64,000 nt of DNA from Octopus sinensis (taxonomy: Eukaryota), in NCBI RefSeq assembly GCF_006345805.1, contig NC_043013.1:19592001-19656000 (forward strand), written 5' to 3'. Shown piece after piece: positions 50,081-61,978 of the stretch (the first letter of the stretch is position 1; every line of letters begins with the position of its first letter). The position numbers were made by a program, and so were the translations under genes. Under the pieces are notes generated by a model. It did not search any database. It had not been told where the DNA came from and was given only the letters and a program-made list of their open reading frames with translations.

Positions 50081-51374
50081 TGACTCAGGATGGTGTTCAT
50101 AACAGTTGGCAGGAGCTTTTTATAAGTTCATTTGCAGTTACGAAGACAGTGAGGGATATGAGGCTGTCGGTCCCAGATGGCACTTTTAGGCTTGCTATAC
50201 AAGCCTGTGTAGTGTTCGAAAGGGCGGGGACGACAAACTCCAAAGGCTAGTCTAGGCGACACACACACTCCCTACGCCATTGTTTACTAAAAACTAAAAA
50301 AAAAAAAGAATACTTGCGTTGCATTCACAGAAGTTGGGAAAAGCGTTCTGGGCCACAACGTGTCTATAAGCGATCTAATGAATAAATCTTCCGTTTCAGA
50401 AACAAGTTAACCCCCCACCCCTGTCCATTTAGATAAAGCCCACGCCAATTTAAGGGTTGCTAGAAAAGAGCAAACGAGGCGTTTCCAATACACACACAAA
50501 CACACACACGCAGTCATATACTCACACACACACACACGCACACACACACAAACACACTAGACTAAAAAGACAAAAAGATACCAAGTTAAATACGAATATA
50601 TGTCAGATTATTGTTGCTGCCAAATAAGTGAACAAATAAGAATTTATCATATTCAACAACCTCGAATCAGGCAGCTGCTCTAGTTAAACTAGTGCACTTG
50701 CCAAATCAGCCGTGTTTTCTTTTTTTTTTATGCGTATTCTACATCTTTCGACTTTCAATTAATGTGGAACGGAATGAATTTATTGGCTGGGTGGTGTATT
50801 TCTTCTCACGCTGTAGCACTGTTTACTATTCCCACTGTTATGTCACTTATATTTTATGTATTTTATTACTTTTTCGTCTCCAGATAGTGCAAGAGCGACG
50901 AGATATATGTAATAAAATATACCAATTTTAATAAATGTTTACAAAATGTATGTAATTTTTATAAATATAAATTTAATGTAGTAGCTAAATATAGGTGAAA
51001 AACTTTAGATCTTCCTATAAAACAGTTATAATGCCTATATTAGCTATCAAAGCACATACGTCAATCTTCTGCTCTATTTGTATACGAATTTCATGCATAC
51101 TATGGTACCAAAATTCTAAAATGTGCTTCCGAAATAAATTTACTACATACGAAATTTCCGAGAACAGAGTTGATTCTGCGCCCAATACTTAAACGAAAAC
51201 ATCTTTCTGAAAATGTAGTCCAGTGTTATGTACCTGAGACAAAACAATATATTTCATGTAGAACAGAAGGCGTCTACGAGATAACTGTTAACAAGAGTAT
51301 GACATATGGCTACATCGAATAGAGTAATTTCTTTGAATAGGTCCTACATAACTGGTTTATGAAAATAAGGCTAA

Positions 51375-51660
51375 TCTCCATATATAAAATTGAGAATGTG
51401 TGTCTGTCTGTCTGTCTGTCTTGAGAACTACACAACCAATTTCATTCAAATTTTACACATGCCTTACTTAAGGTCCGGGGAGTGTCATCGGCAAAGAAAT
51501 CTTAACTTTTTCCCTAGGGCGACCCCACAGCAATATCATATCTTCTCCACTATTTCAGTATTACGTGGTAAAAGTGAAACAAAAATAACTCTATTGCAAT
51601 GCAGATATTCACTTTAATACTGAAACTATTAAAGTGAAAGTATTATATAACAGGGATGAA
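51375..51660 (+). mobile_element. Possible Helitron-like non-autonomous 5' portion
   Basis: A|TCTCCATATATAAAA followed by (GTCT)n, resembling the 5' end of the 30267-30659 element; no 3' CTRR hairpin found. Confidence 0.4.
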
Positions 51661-51776
51661 CCATTAACAGTGGTCATCCATTTTGCTAGAAGAAGATCCG
51701 CTATGGTCTTATATGCTACATTACTGGTTTTCAATTCATATTAATCAAATTAATATTCAATTTTTCACCCTTATTA
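51657..51776 (-). mobile_element. Short member of the TAAGGGTG fold-back family
   Basis: TTCACCCTTA terminus at 51764-51773 and GCTAGAAG..CCGCTATGGTCTTA block. Confidence 0.6.
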
Positions 51777-51996
51777 TGTGTGTGTGTCTGTGTATTAGCA
51801 ATTCGTATAAAATTGCATCAATGACTTGAACTTGAATAAGTGGTTTCACATAAATGGGAATAAGTTTAAAATGTTTGTTGTTATCATTATTAATGTTTGA
51901 CTATTGTAATCACATTTGTAGATGTATTTCTATAGATATACATGTATATGTAAACATGTAAGTCTATATGTATATATAGAGGTACATGTAATATGT

Positions 51997-52037
<41 letters not shown>

Positions 52038-52107
52038 TACATGCATACATATATACACCAATACAGATACACCCACCCACCGTCACACAAACACACACAC
52101 ACACACA

Positions 52108-52210
52108 CAGGTGCAGGTGTGGCTGTATGGTAACAAACTTGGTTCTAAAAGACTTGGTCCTCAGTTCAGTCCCACTGTGTGGTAACTTGGCATCTGTCTT
52201 CTGCTATAGC
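52108..52210 (+). mobile_element. SINE family 3 head
   Basis: GCAGGTGTGGCTGTATGGTAA..AGTTCAGTCCCACTG..GTCTTCTGCTATAGC. Confidence 0.7.
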
Positions 52211-52215
52211 ATCAT

Positions 52216-52521
52216 ACCAGCCCACAGTCGACGCAAGCGACTGTACACAACTACCAGCCCACAGTCGATGCTATGGCGACCAGAGCTTGCTCTGGGCGCC
52301 ATTGGGGCGACTGTACACAGCTACCAGCCCACAGTCGACGCTATGGCGATCAGAGCTTGCTCTGGGCGCCATTGGGGCGACTGTACATAGCTAATAGCCA
52401 GGGCGACTGTACACAGCTACCAGCCCACTGTCGACACTATGGCAACCAGAGCTCGCTCTGGGCGACATTGGGGGTACTGTACACAGCTACTGACCCAAAG
52501 TCGACGCTACGGTGACCAGAG
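52216..52521 (+). repeat. GC-rich 70-bp minisatellite, left part
   Basis: Unit starts at 52241, 52311, 52381 (partial), 52407 and 52477. Confidence 0.9.
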
Positions 52522-53587
52522 GAAACCCTTACTTCCAGCTAGACATCAGGCCACGACCATTTACACAACCAATGTGAATAGACATTACTGACATATCTAA
52601 TCCAGGGTCTCCCGTGGAGAGGGACTCTCCACCTTTTCTTCACATTGGGTCGGAGGTGGCAAGTCTTGAAAAATGGATTGATTAATATCCAATCTCATCA
52701 TCGACACCGACTTTCTATACGCGTTAAGTAATACATTATGAGACTTTTTATCCATTTCGTTGAACTCGTAGTTCTTATATTTATCAGAAAGTTCTGCAAT
52801 CATCGTGGCTGATCTTTTCGCTTTATTTCCCTCATTAAGTCTTCATTTTTGGTTTGTCTCTTTTCGCAGTTTTTTTTTTTTCGGTCTTAGTTCGACCTGT
52901 TTTTGTTGATTTGAGCTTTCCATTTTTCTCTTGTTATTAGTTGCTTTCTTTTCTTCTGTTTCTCTCTCTCCCCTCCTCCTCCACTTCCTCATCGGATTCT
53001 TTCTCACCGTCTCTACAGTGTTTTTTTTGTATGGCCCAGCTGGCCTCACTGCAAACATCGGGGCTTACGGCCCTCGACGAATACGTTAAGGAATTCTATT
53101 TTCTCCTGTAACTGTTCTAAAATTGACGGTTCTGCTTGTATTAGGAGGTGAACCGTTTGACCGGTCCAATAAGCCTTTTCTGTGATGGTAGCCTGAAGGA
53201 GTGTTATATTATCTTCTTTTTCGCCAGGACTGCCTCCATCAATCACATAGGGTGGACTTGAGGTGATACCCTAGTTATACGTATCTTTGACGTCTTCATT
53301 TCCATGTATATTGGAATTAAAACGTCCTCCATTTGTAAAGATTTAACTGATTGCATTTGTGCAGTTTCTATATCTTTTAGTCGTACTTCTATAGCACCAA
53401 ACTTCTTCCCTCTGGCTAGGTATCTGATATCCTGCCAGATGGGTTTCAAGCACTTCTCTGTTCGCTCACCTCATCAATTTTTTTCCTTTTAGACAGTAAG
53501 ATTTAAAATTAATTGTTTTTCTTTTTTCTAACATTAATAGTTCTTCCGGGGATTGAACTTTCACAACACCGTCTTCAATTGTTATCA
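52522..53587 (-). pseudogene. L1/Tx1-like LINE fragment: ORF1 with zinc knuckle plus the start of ORF2
   Basis: VFVEGRKPRCLQ*GQLGHTKK-C is a decayed CCHC knuckle; ORF1 stop at 52597; ORF2 ATG at 52585 reads MSIHIGCVNGRGL, like an APE N-terminus. Confidence 0.7.
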
Positions 53588-53680
53588 TGACCAGAGCTCG
53601 CTCTGGGCGGCATTGAGGCGACTGTACACAGCCACAAGCCCACAGCCGACGCCATGGTGACCAGAGCTCACTCTGGGCGG
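53588..53680 (+). repeat. 70-bp minisatellite, right part
   Basis: Same unit resumes at TGACCAGAGCTCGCTCTGGGCG. Confidence 0.9.
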
Positions 53681-54399
53681 CGTTGGGTTGGGTTGGGTTT
53701 CCATTATATATTGAGAACTATAGCGCGAAGGCAGCATAAAAAACAAACCTTCCTCAATTGTTGGCAGATTTATCTACTCCCCATTGCGAGCGGTGGAACA
53801 ACATGTGTCTTCGTCAAAGCAATTGCTCCCCCAAAGCAAATTAAATAAAATTTGAGATAAGTGGAAGATCAAAGCTGCTAGCAAAAACAGGACAGTGAAA
53901 ACATTCGGTAAGGGCTGTTTAACCCTAACGAGGTGTAGTGGTGAACGCTGGAGAAAAAAAAAGCTTTGTCAAGAGACAGACAAGAATGCGTGTTATAGTT
54001 ATTAACTGAACGAGAAGAAAAAGAATTACATTTAGAAATAGAGATCTATAATTATTGAGGATGGAATTTGAGTTAGAAATAGAGAACTATAAATATTGTA
54101 TTATGTATAAAGTGGTGGCTTACATTCGGGGCTTCCAATTTCTCTGTTAAATATAAGATAGCCGCAAAATCATTGCATATGTCACCATCGATTACAAACA
54201 CCGGTGGAAGATAAAAGTTCCAGAGGACATTCTTCTTCTTTCGTTTGTACAGGGATCGTATTATGTTTCGGCTTAAAATAAATTATAGATACAAATATAA
54301 TGTATAGAAAGATATAAAAACCAGAATAGAAAATAAACGTCTTAGGCATATAAAATGAGATAACATGAGATATCAAGGTGTTATAAACTTGAAACCTAC

Positions 54400-56393
54400 T
54401 AGAATATCATCCGCAACCAAGTCAACCCCTCTGAAATCAACTACTGGGGATCTCATCAAGGACCAAAGCCAGCAAATGGATAGATGGGTGGAGTACTACC
54501 AGGAACTCTACTCACGAGAGACCACGGTAGCTGAGGCTGCAATCGAGGGTGTCAAGATCTTGCCAGTCATGTGTGAACTTGACAGTCTGCCATCTATAGC
54601 AGAGCTCACCAAGGCTATAGATCTCTAGCAAGTAACTCCGGGAAAAGATGGCATCCCCTTAGAGATCATCAAAACCGGCAAAAACACCATCCTGCTTCGG
54701 CACATTCATGAGCTTCTGTGTCAGTGCTGGGAAGAAGGTACAGTCCCTCAGGATATGCAGGATGCTAACATCATTACGCTTTACAAAAACAAAGATGAAC
54801 GTGGTGATTGTAACAATTACCGTGGAATATCTCTTCTAAGCACTGTTGGAAATGCCTCTGCTCGCATTACCCTGTCCAGGCTGCAACTGCTTGCTTCTCG
54901 AATTTATCCAGAATCGCAGTGTGCTTTAGAAGAAGCAGATCATCTATTGACATGATATTCTCCATACGCCAACTTCAGAAGTCCAGAGAGCAGAAAATGC
55001 CATTATATATGGCCTTCATTGATCTGACAAAGGCCTTTGACTTGGTAAGTAGAAAAGGCCTCTTCATCCTGCTCCAAAAAATCGGATATCCACCAAAGCT
55101 GCTGAGGATGATCAAATCTTTCCATGATGATATGCAAGGCACCATACAGCACAATGGTTCAACATCAGCCGATTTCCAAATAAAAAATGGGGTAAAGCAA
55201 GGTTGTGTCCTTGCTCCTACATTATTTGGCATCTTCTTCTCGCTGCTGCTGTCACATGCCTTTGTGACATCAGATGATGGAGTGTTTCTGCACAGTAGAA
55301 GTGACGGGAAACTGTTCAATCTCTCGCGTTTGCGTGCCAAGACCAAAATCAGAAGCGTCCTGATCAAGGAGATGCTATTTGCTGATAATGCCGCTCTGGT
55401 ATCACACACAGAAGCCCTACAAAGGCTCATCAACTGTTTTGAGCAAGCATGTGGCAACTTTGGCTTATTTATCAGTCTCAAGAAGACCAACATCATGGGT
55501 CAGGCTACATCGACCATCCCAAACATACATATTGGAGACCACAGACTACAGGAGGTGGAGAAGTTTACATATCTTGGATCTACCGTCACCTACAACCTAT
55601 CCCTTGAAACAGAGCTCAATATACGCATTGGCAAGGCAGCTGCTGTGATGGCCCAACTCTCCAAACGGGTATGGGACAACAATAAGCTGACCAAGACCAC
55701 AAAAATGAAGATTTACCAGGCATGTGTACTTAGCACTCTACTGTATGGAAGTGAGACTTGGACGTCATACACACGCCATACGACGCCATACGTCGCCTAA
55801 ATATCTTTCACCTGCGCTGCCTCTGGGAATTTCTTCGCATAAAATGGCAGAATCATTTCCCCGACAAAGATGTCCTCAAGCAAGCAGGAATACCAAGCAT
55901 GTTTACACTCCTCACACAAAGACGTATGAGATGGCTTCGACATGTTAGCCGTATGGAAGATGGCAGAATCCCCAAGGACATACTCAACGGAGAGCTTGCT
56001 AGGGGCACTAGGTGTGTGGGAAGACCGTTCTTACGATACAAGGATGTATGATACAAGGATGACCTGCAACATCAATATTACCAACTGGGAAGCAGTTGCC
56101 AGCAACCGTGGAGATTGGCGACGTACCGTAAAAGAGGGAGCACAAAGGAGTGACATAGAGGGAGATGAGGAAAGGAAAGACAAGAAAAGACGTCAACAAG
56201 AAAGTATGACATTACAACTAGCCAGGCAAAGTCTTCGCTACATTTGCAGCACCTGCCAGAGGGAGTGTTTGTCCAGAATAGGACTACACAGCCACAGCAG
56301 GAGATGTATTAGAACATGAAATGTAAAAGCCGGACTAGATTATTTTATGCGCAACTCCATTGTCTCCCGAGACAAAAAGGATGCCAACAACAA
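54400..56393 (+). mobile_element. RTE/BovB-like LINE, 5'-truncated, frameshifted
   Basis: QMDRWVEYYQELY, GDCNNYRGISLL, AFIDLTKAFDLVSR, GVKQGCVLAPTLF, FADN (D to N in the YADD-type motif), YLGS, LLYGSETW, terminal zinc finger CSTCQRECLSRIGLHSH and short CAA tail. Confidence 0.95.
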
Positions 56394-56715
56394 TATATAT
56401 GGATTTCGTAGACAAGAACTGAAACAAATCAATCGTATATATATGTATATATGTAAGTGTATGTGTGTGTCTTTGTCTCTGTGTTTCGCCCTCATTACTG
56501 CTTCACAGCTGCTGTTTATTTATTTACTTCCACAAAACTTACTGGTTTCACAAGAACAAACTGATAGAATAAGTACTAGGTTTATCAACATAAAAAAGCA
56601 TTAGGCTGTGTCTCATATTTTTGTTTGCCCACTCAGTTGTATCTATCAATTTATCTTTGTGCGTGTGTGTGTGTATGTGTATCTATATGTATATCTATAT
56701 CTATCTATCTATATA

Positions 56716-56747
<32 letters not shown>

Positions 56748-58124
56748 ACACCCTAATGGGAGCTTTAACTCCCAAATTTTAGTCATTTCTTTTATGATCA
56801 AAAACTAGGTCAAAATTACTGAATGGATCTTTATGAAATTTGGAAATTATATTCTGAGCATAAGGGCCATAACCCCCATGACAATTCATATATTTTTGCT
56901 GTTGATGAAAATTTAACCATAGATATTAGACACAAATGAAGTAATATCTATAAAATTTCATCTTCTTACAAAGTTAGAAAGACCCCTCCATGGGGACTTA
57001 ACACCCACAATTTTGTCATTTTATCTAAGCAAAAACGAATATAGTTGTGCTCTTGGAAGCTGTAGGGTTACCCGAGCTTAAAAGTTGGGCATTATTTCTA
57101 ATTCAATGGTACAACAGTGTAACAGTTTGCTTTAACATATACTTAAATTGTGATTTCTGCAATGTGGTGCATAAATTGTTAAGTAAATGGGAGGCATCTT
57201 TGTCTCCACTGATTCAGTTGCAAAGTGTAGAGTAAAGTTATTTGATTGCAGACCTCCTTTCAGTCTTTTTATAATCACTCGGTAACACATAGTCCCCTGA
57301 TGGTAACATTGATTCCCAGATGAGTGACTGGTTATTCAAAGACATTTATAGATTTTAAATTCATTCTGTCCAGTTACGTATCAGTATAGTGGTCATTTGC
57401 AAACTCCAGATGTGACACTTTAATTTCTCTTAAGCCCTCACGTCACACAGTTGTTAATGTTGATTTCAGTTGGGTCACGCCCTTCCAATTGCTATAGATT
57501 CGTAATGCATCTTACGGCTGTGCCTGTCACCTGGATGGTGAGGAATCCTACATTGGGAGTGGTAACGACTACGGTAGGGTTACTGACTGCTTATTGTGAT
57601 CATTCGTCTTTTGGTTTCCATGTGGCACGATTACAATTTTTTTAGAGTGTGTAAAGAGGGAAATAACCCTCATCTGCAATTTTTATGAAATTCGAAACAT
57701 ATATTCCAGTTCATTCAGAATATATAACAGAAAAGTCTAATTCTTTATTTGAATGTAACCGGGTATCTCTGCTAGTTGATGATATGATTAAGACAATATT
57801 TCTGTCTGATGATATAATCAAGGCAATAAAATCGACGTTAGTGAGGGGCAGTATCTATGGTCGACGATACTTAAAAATGGCTGATTAAAATGTTCTCCTT
57901 TAATAAAATTTAATTGTTTACTACATCAAATAAATATTCATTTTTATAACGTATTTTGCTGAAAAATGATGAAAAGTGACATAGTTAGATGCAAGTTTCC
58001 TACGGTCTAATCAGTTTTCTAGTACTTTCTATCAGTGGAAGTTACAAACGAACTATCTCACCAAATATTTCTTTATATGAGAATACTAATTCCGCCGCTT
58101 CTTTACTGTTCTTTAAATATTTTA

Positions 58125-58170
<46 letters not shown>

Positions 58171-58465
58171 GGTTGTTTACATATACGAACACCAAAATGT
58201 ATACACATACATATGCACACATATACATGTTTGTGTGTGGGTGCATGCGTGCACAAAATTGTGCGTCTGTGTTTTATTTGTATGGATATGTGTGTCTAAT
58301 ATGTATATATATAACATATATATCTATGTATCAATATTTGCATGCTCCCCATCCCCCACACAAACATGCACATACGCATATATTTCCTTCTTGGAATTGG
58401 TTTTCGAAATACATATAAAGCAATACTATAAAAAAGAACTTGTAAATATTTGGTGGAGAATCCCT

Positions 58466-58512
<47 letters not shown>

Positions 58513-58514
58513 GT

Positions 58515-58605
58515 AGTAGAAGACAATTGCGCAAGGTACCACACAGTTGGACTGAACCTGGAAGCATGTAGTTGGTAAGCAAGGTACTTACCACACAGCC
58601 ATTCC
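58515..58605 (-). mobile_element. SINE family 3 head
   Basis: GGACTGAACC..TACTTACCACACAGCCA on the forward strand. Confidence 0.7.
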
Positions 58606-58617
58606 TTAGACTATATA

Positions 58618-59871
58618 CAGACACGCAGGAAGTACAAAGACACCTTTAATTTTCAAATTTTCTGATCTAAGCGTCTTAGTATGACTTCAGTGGTGTAGAA
58701 TTTACAATATACTTATTCTTTTTCATTCCAAGTGCCATTATATTAAACATTTGCGGAGAGTGACCATGTCACGCACAAAAAAATTCACCAGAACCGTCAG
58801 ATTTTCAATGAGGTCGTATTGTTGGACAATCTGAGACTGGTGTAAGCCATTGAAAAATTGCCGGAAATCTTCAAATTCCTCTTGCTGCTGTTAATAGAAT
58901 TATAGTGCAATTCAAAAGCCAAGAAAAGGAATCAACAGATTCTCGTCCCGGCCCTCGGGACCTGTTTGAAGAAAATTGTGGATAACCTCATTCGAAGTCT
59001 TCTGAGATTGCCAAGCAGCTAGAAGTTAGTCCAAGAACGTGTGTTACATATCTGCATAAGCTTGGGTATTATGGACGATCAGCTAGAAGAAAACCTTTCC
59101 TTCAACCAATTAATACTATGAAAAAAAAAAGAAATGGGCTAAGGAGATGTCAGAAAAATTCATTTCATTCTGGGATAGAGTGATTTTCTCAGACGAATCC
59201 AAATTTGCATATTTTCAGACAGTGGACGTGTTTGGGTCTGGAGGCATCCCAATCAAGAATTTGATTTGAAATTACTCCAACCAACTGTGAAACAGGGCAG
59301 TATCTACGTAATGGTATGGGAAGCTGTCACCAGCAATGGTCCTTCTGAACTGATCGAAGTGTTGGAACCCTAAACTCTGAAAAATACATCGAAATACTTA
59401 AGCAAGGACTACTTACGATGTATTCACACGATAACAATGAAAAACGAGTTTTTTTTTATTCATGGAAGATGGGGCTCCATGCCACACCGCGTAAAGGAAT
59501 CAACAATGGCTGACTGAAAATGGAATCAAAAAGCTTCCTTGGCCGAGCCAATCTGCTGACATGAACCCAATTGAAAATCTTTCGAGTATACTAAATAGAG
59601 CAATACGAAAAACGCGACAGAAACCTAAATCTAAAACTGAATTATTTCGATTGTTGCTTGAAAAGTGGGCAGAAATTCGACAAGAACCAATCACAAAGCT
59701 CATCAGTTCAATGTCAAAAAAGAGTTTTTGAATTAAAAAAAATGCGAGGGTAAGTCAGCTAAATACCAAAGTATGTAGTCCTCCCTATAGATTACATTTC
59801 AATAGTTCGCTTTGCGTATCAAATAAAAGATTTTGAAAATTAAAGGTGTCTATTTACTTCCTGCGTGTCTG
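58618..59871 (+). mobile_element. Complete Tc1-family DNA transposon (1254 bp), inactive
   Basis: 40-bp TIRs at 58618-58657 and 59832-59871 (38/40 identical); TA on the left, TG on the right. Confidence 0.92.
58766..59770 (+). pseudogene. Tc1 DD34E transposase pseudogene
   Basis: FSDES, MEDGAPCH and WPSQSADMNPIE with 34 residues between the second D and E; stops and frameshifts. Confidence 0.92.
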
Positions 59872-61639
59872 TGTATATTAGTATTAATGACAATAACGAG
59901 TATGGAAATATGTACATCCGCCAAATTCCTTTTTCAGTTATATACAGTATTTTATAATGACCTACAGCGACTACTCAGTGTTACGGACGCAACCTTGGCA
60001 ATATTGTCGGTGCAGCTTCATCAAGGTCCGTCCATTTGACCATCTTCGAAGCGAATTGATTGAAGTAAATTTTTGTTCTTCTGTGGGAGGTTGGGGTGTG
60101 CTATTTATAGATATGTGCTGTTGACCTCAACTTGAACTCAGCTGCTGGTCGAAGTTAGGGCTGACTGATTTCTGCACATTTTCTGTCGATATAATTTCAT
60201 GCACAATAAACTGGTCGACTTGAGTTCAGGCTATGGCAGCAGGCACTTGCCTAGGAATCCAGAGGGTAGTTTGGAAACCGAACCTGAATATCAATAAGAT
60301 TGTGAAAGAAACTTATTCACATGGATGTATCTACACTCATAGCAGATTTGAGGAAATTTTCGTTGACCTGCTAGTTACGTGGCATATTTAAAATACTTAA
60401 GAGCTCAATCCTCAGAACTATTCTACAGTAAGACAAACAGATATTTTCAAAAGTAAGCAATGACTGAAACACATAAACATAGCGGATTAGAGATGATATT
60501 TTACACGTATTAATAACGTACATTTGATGTAATATCTACAAAACGAATGAAAAATGAATAGCAATGATCGTGGTTTCGCTCGAAGCAGTAGTTCTGTTTT
60601 TGTAAAGCTCTCCTTTCAAAACGTCCATATTTAATTTACATAATATCTGTACGATTTATATCTAAAGTGCTACATCTGAAGACAACTTACCATATTACAT
60701 TCTTCCATTTATATTTTCTTTGAAGTCGCCTCTGTTTCAGAGGATTAAATATAACTTTGTGCAACCGGTAACGAATTTTGATTAATTTCGATTTTAGTCG
60801 AATATTGGTTTTCATCTCTCAAAGCGCGAAACTAATACACCCACTGCGATATTCTACTGAGCATGAGACCATGCCATCTTTGTCATGTTTCGCATATCAC
60901 TTAAGAAATCTGCGAATATTTACTTTGATATCAGTTTTCCGAGTGTACGCTAATATTGCAGAGAATTAAATAAATGTTTGGAGAAATGGTACCGAATTGC
61001 ATTTTGTTCCTTTATTCTCTAAATATTTAATCCACTACACTCTTAACCAAAACACATATGTCCATACACATACACAACCAAACCCACCTATATAAATGCA
61101 CACTAATATATATATATATATATATACACTGACGTCCATACAAGTAGGCAAGAGGAAACAGTAGTCAACATACATCGTATGTAACCATTCTTTGTCTCAT
61201 TAATTCTCAATTGACAATATCCAAAGAATCTTTCAATCCTCTCTCTATTTCTCTCTTTTCTTGTGTATGTGTGCGCGTATGTATACACGCTCGTGCATAT
61301 GTATGCACACATATATATCGGTATGCGCTCACATATGCAAATTTGTATATCAATCATGTATGTATGTTAAATGTATGTATGTTTTATGTATTTATGTATG
61401 TTCTCTCTTCGCTCAGTTGCGCCACATGGGCTCAACTCTCTTCATGTAACTCTCCTCCTCTCTCCTCTCTTCCTCTCACACCTACTTTCTCTAATCCACT
61501 TCTCCTCTCTTGCTCTTCTCCCTTCCACCCTCTGCTTTCATCATCACCCCTCCCTCGTTAACCCACACTTACACATTCCTACCCCATCACCCCTATATAT
61601 CCTATAACACCCACCCATCCCTTGCACACTAACCTTGCT

Positions 61640-61978
61640 TCCTCCACTCTCGCCTCACCCACACCCCAACACCACCACACCACATCACACCACCCCGCAC
61701 ATACTAGCACTGACCACTTCCCAGCACTCACACCACCATCCATACACCTACACATACACACACGTCATGGTCACCAGTACCCTTCCAAATGAACATACAT
61801 ACGCACGCGCACCTTCGTTTTGGGATCACCACTACTTTATTATCTGCCTTTCTTCCTAGCTCCCCTTTGTGTCCCCTCTGTCCGGCATTCACCATGATAG
61901 ATCACTGCACACTAAGCCATTTTTTATTTTCTCTACCTGTTTATTTCTGTGTTCATTTCTGTCGAAGAGCGTAGGTCG
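61640..61978 (+). mobile_element. Penelope-like 3' terminal repeat fragment
   Basis: CA-rich tract, then pyrimidine tract, then TTTCTGTCGAAGAGCGTAGG, as in the 20270-20330 region. Confidence 0.5.

Noticed and set aside
52216-52521. CRISPR array
   Set aside because: Whole 70-bp units repeat with no unique spacers, there are no cas genes and the context is eukaryotic
56745-57030. Possible non-autonomous DNA element with a short internal direct repeat
   Set aside because: Termini, TIRs and TSD could not be defined
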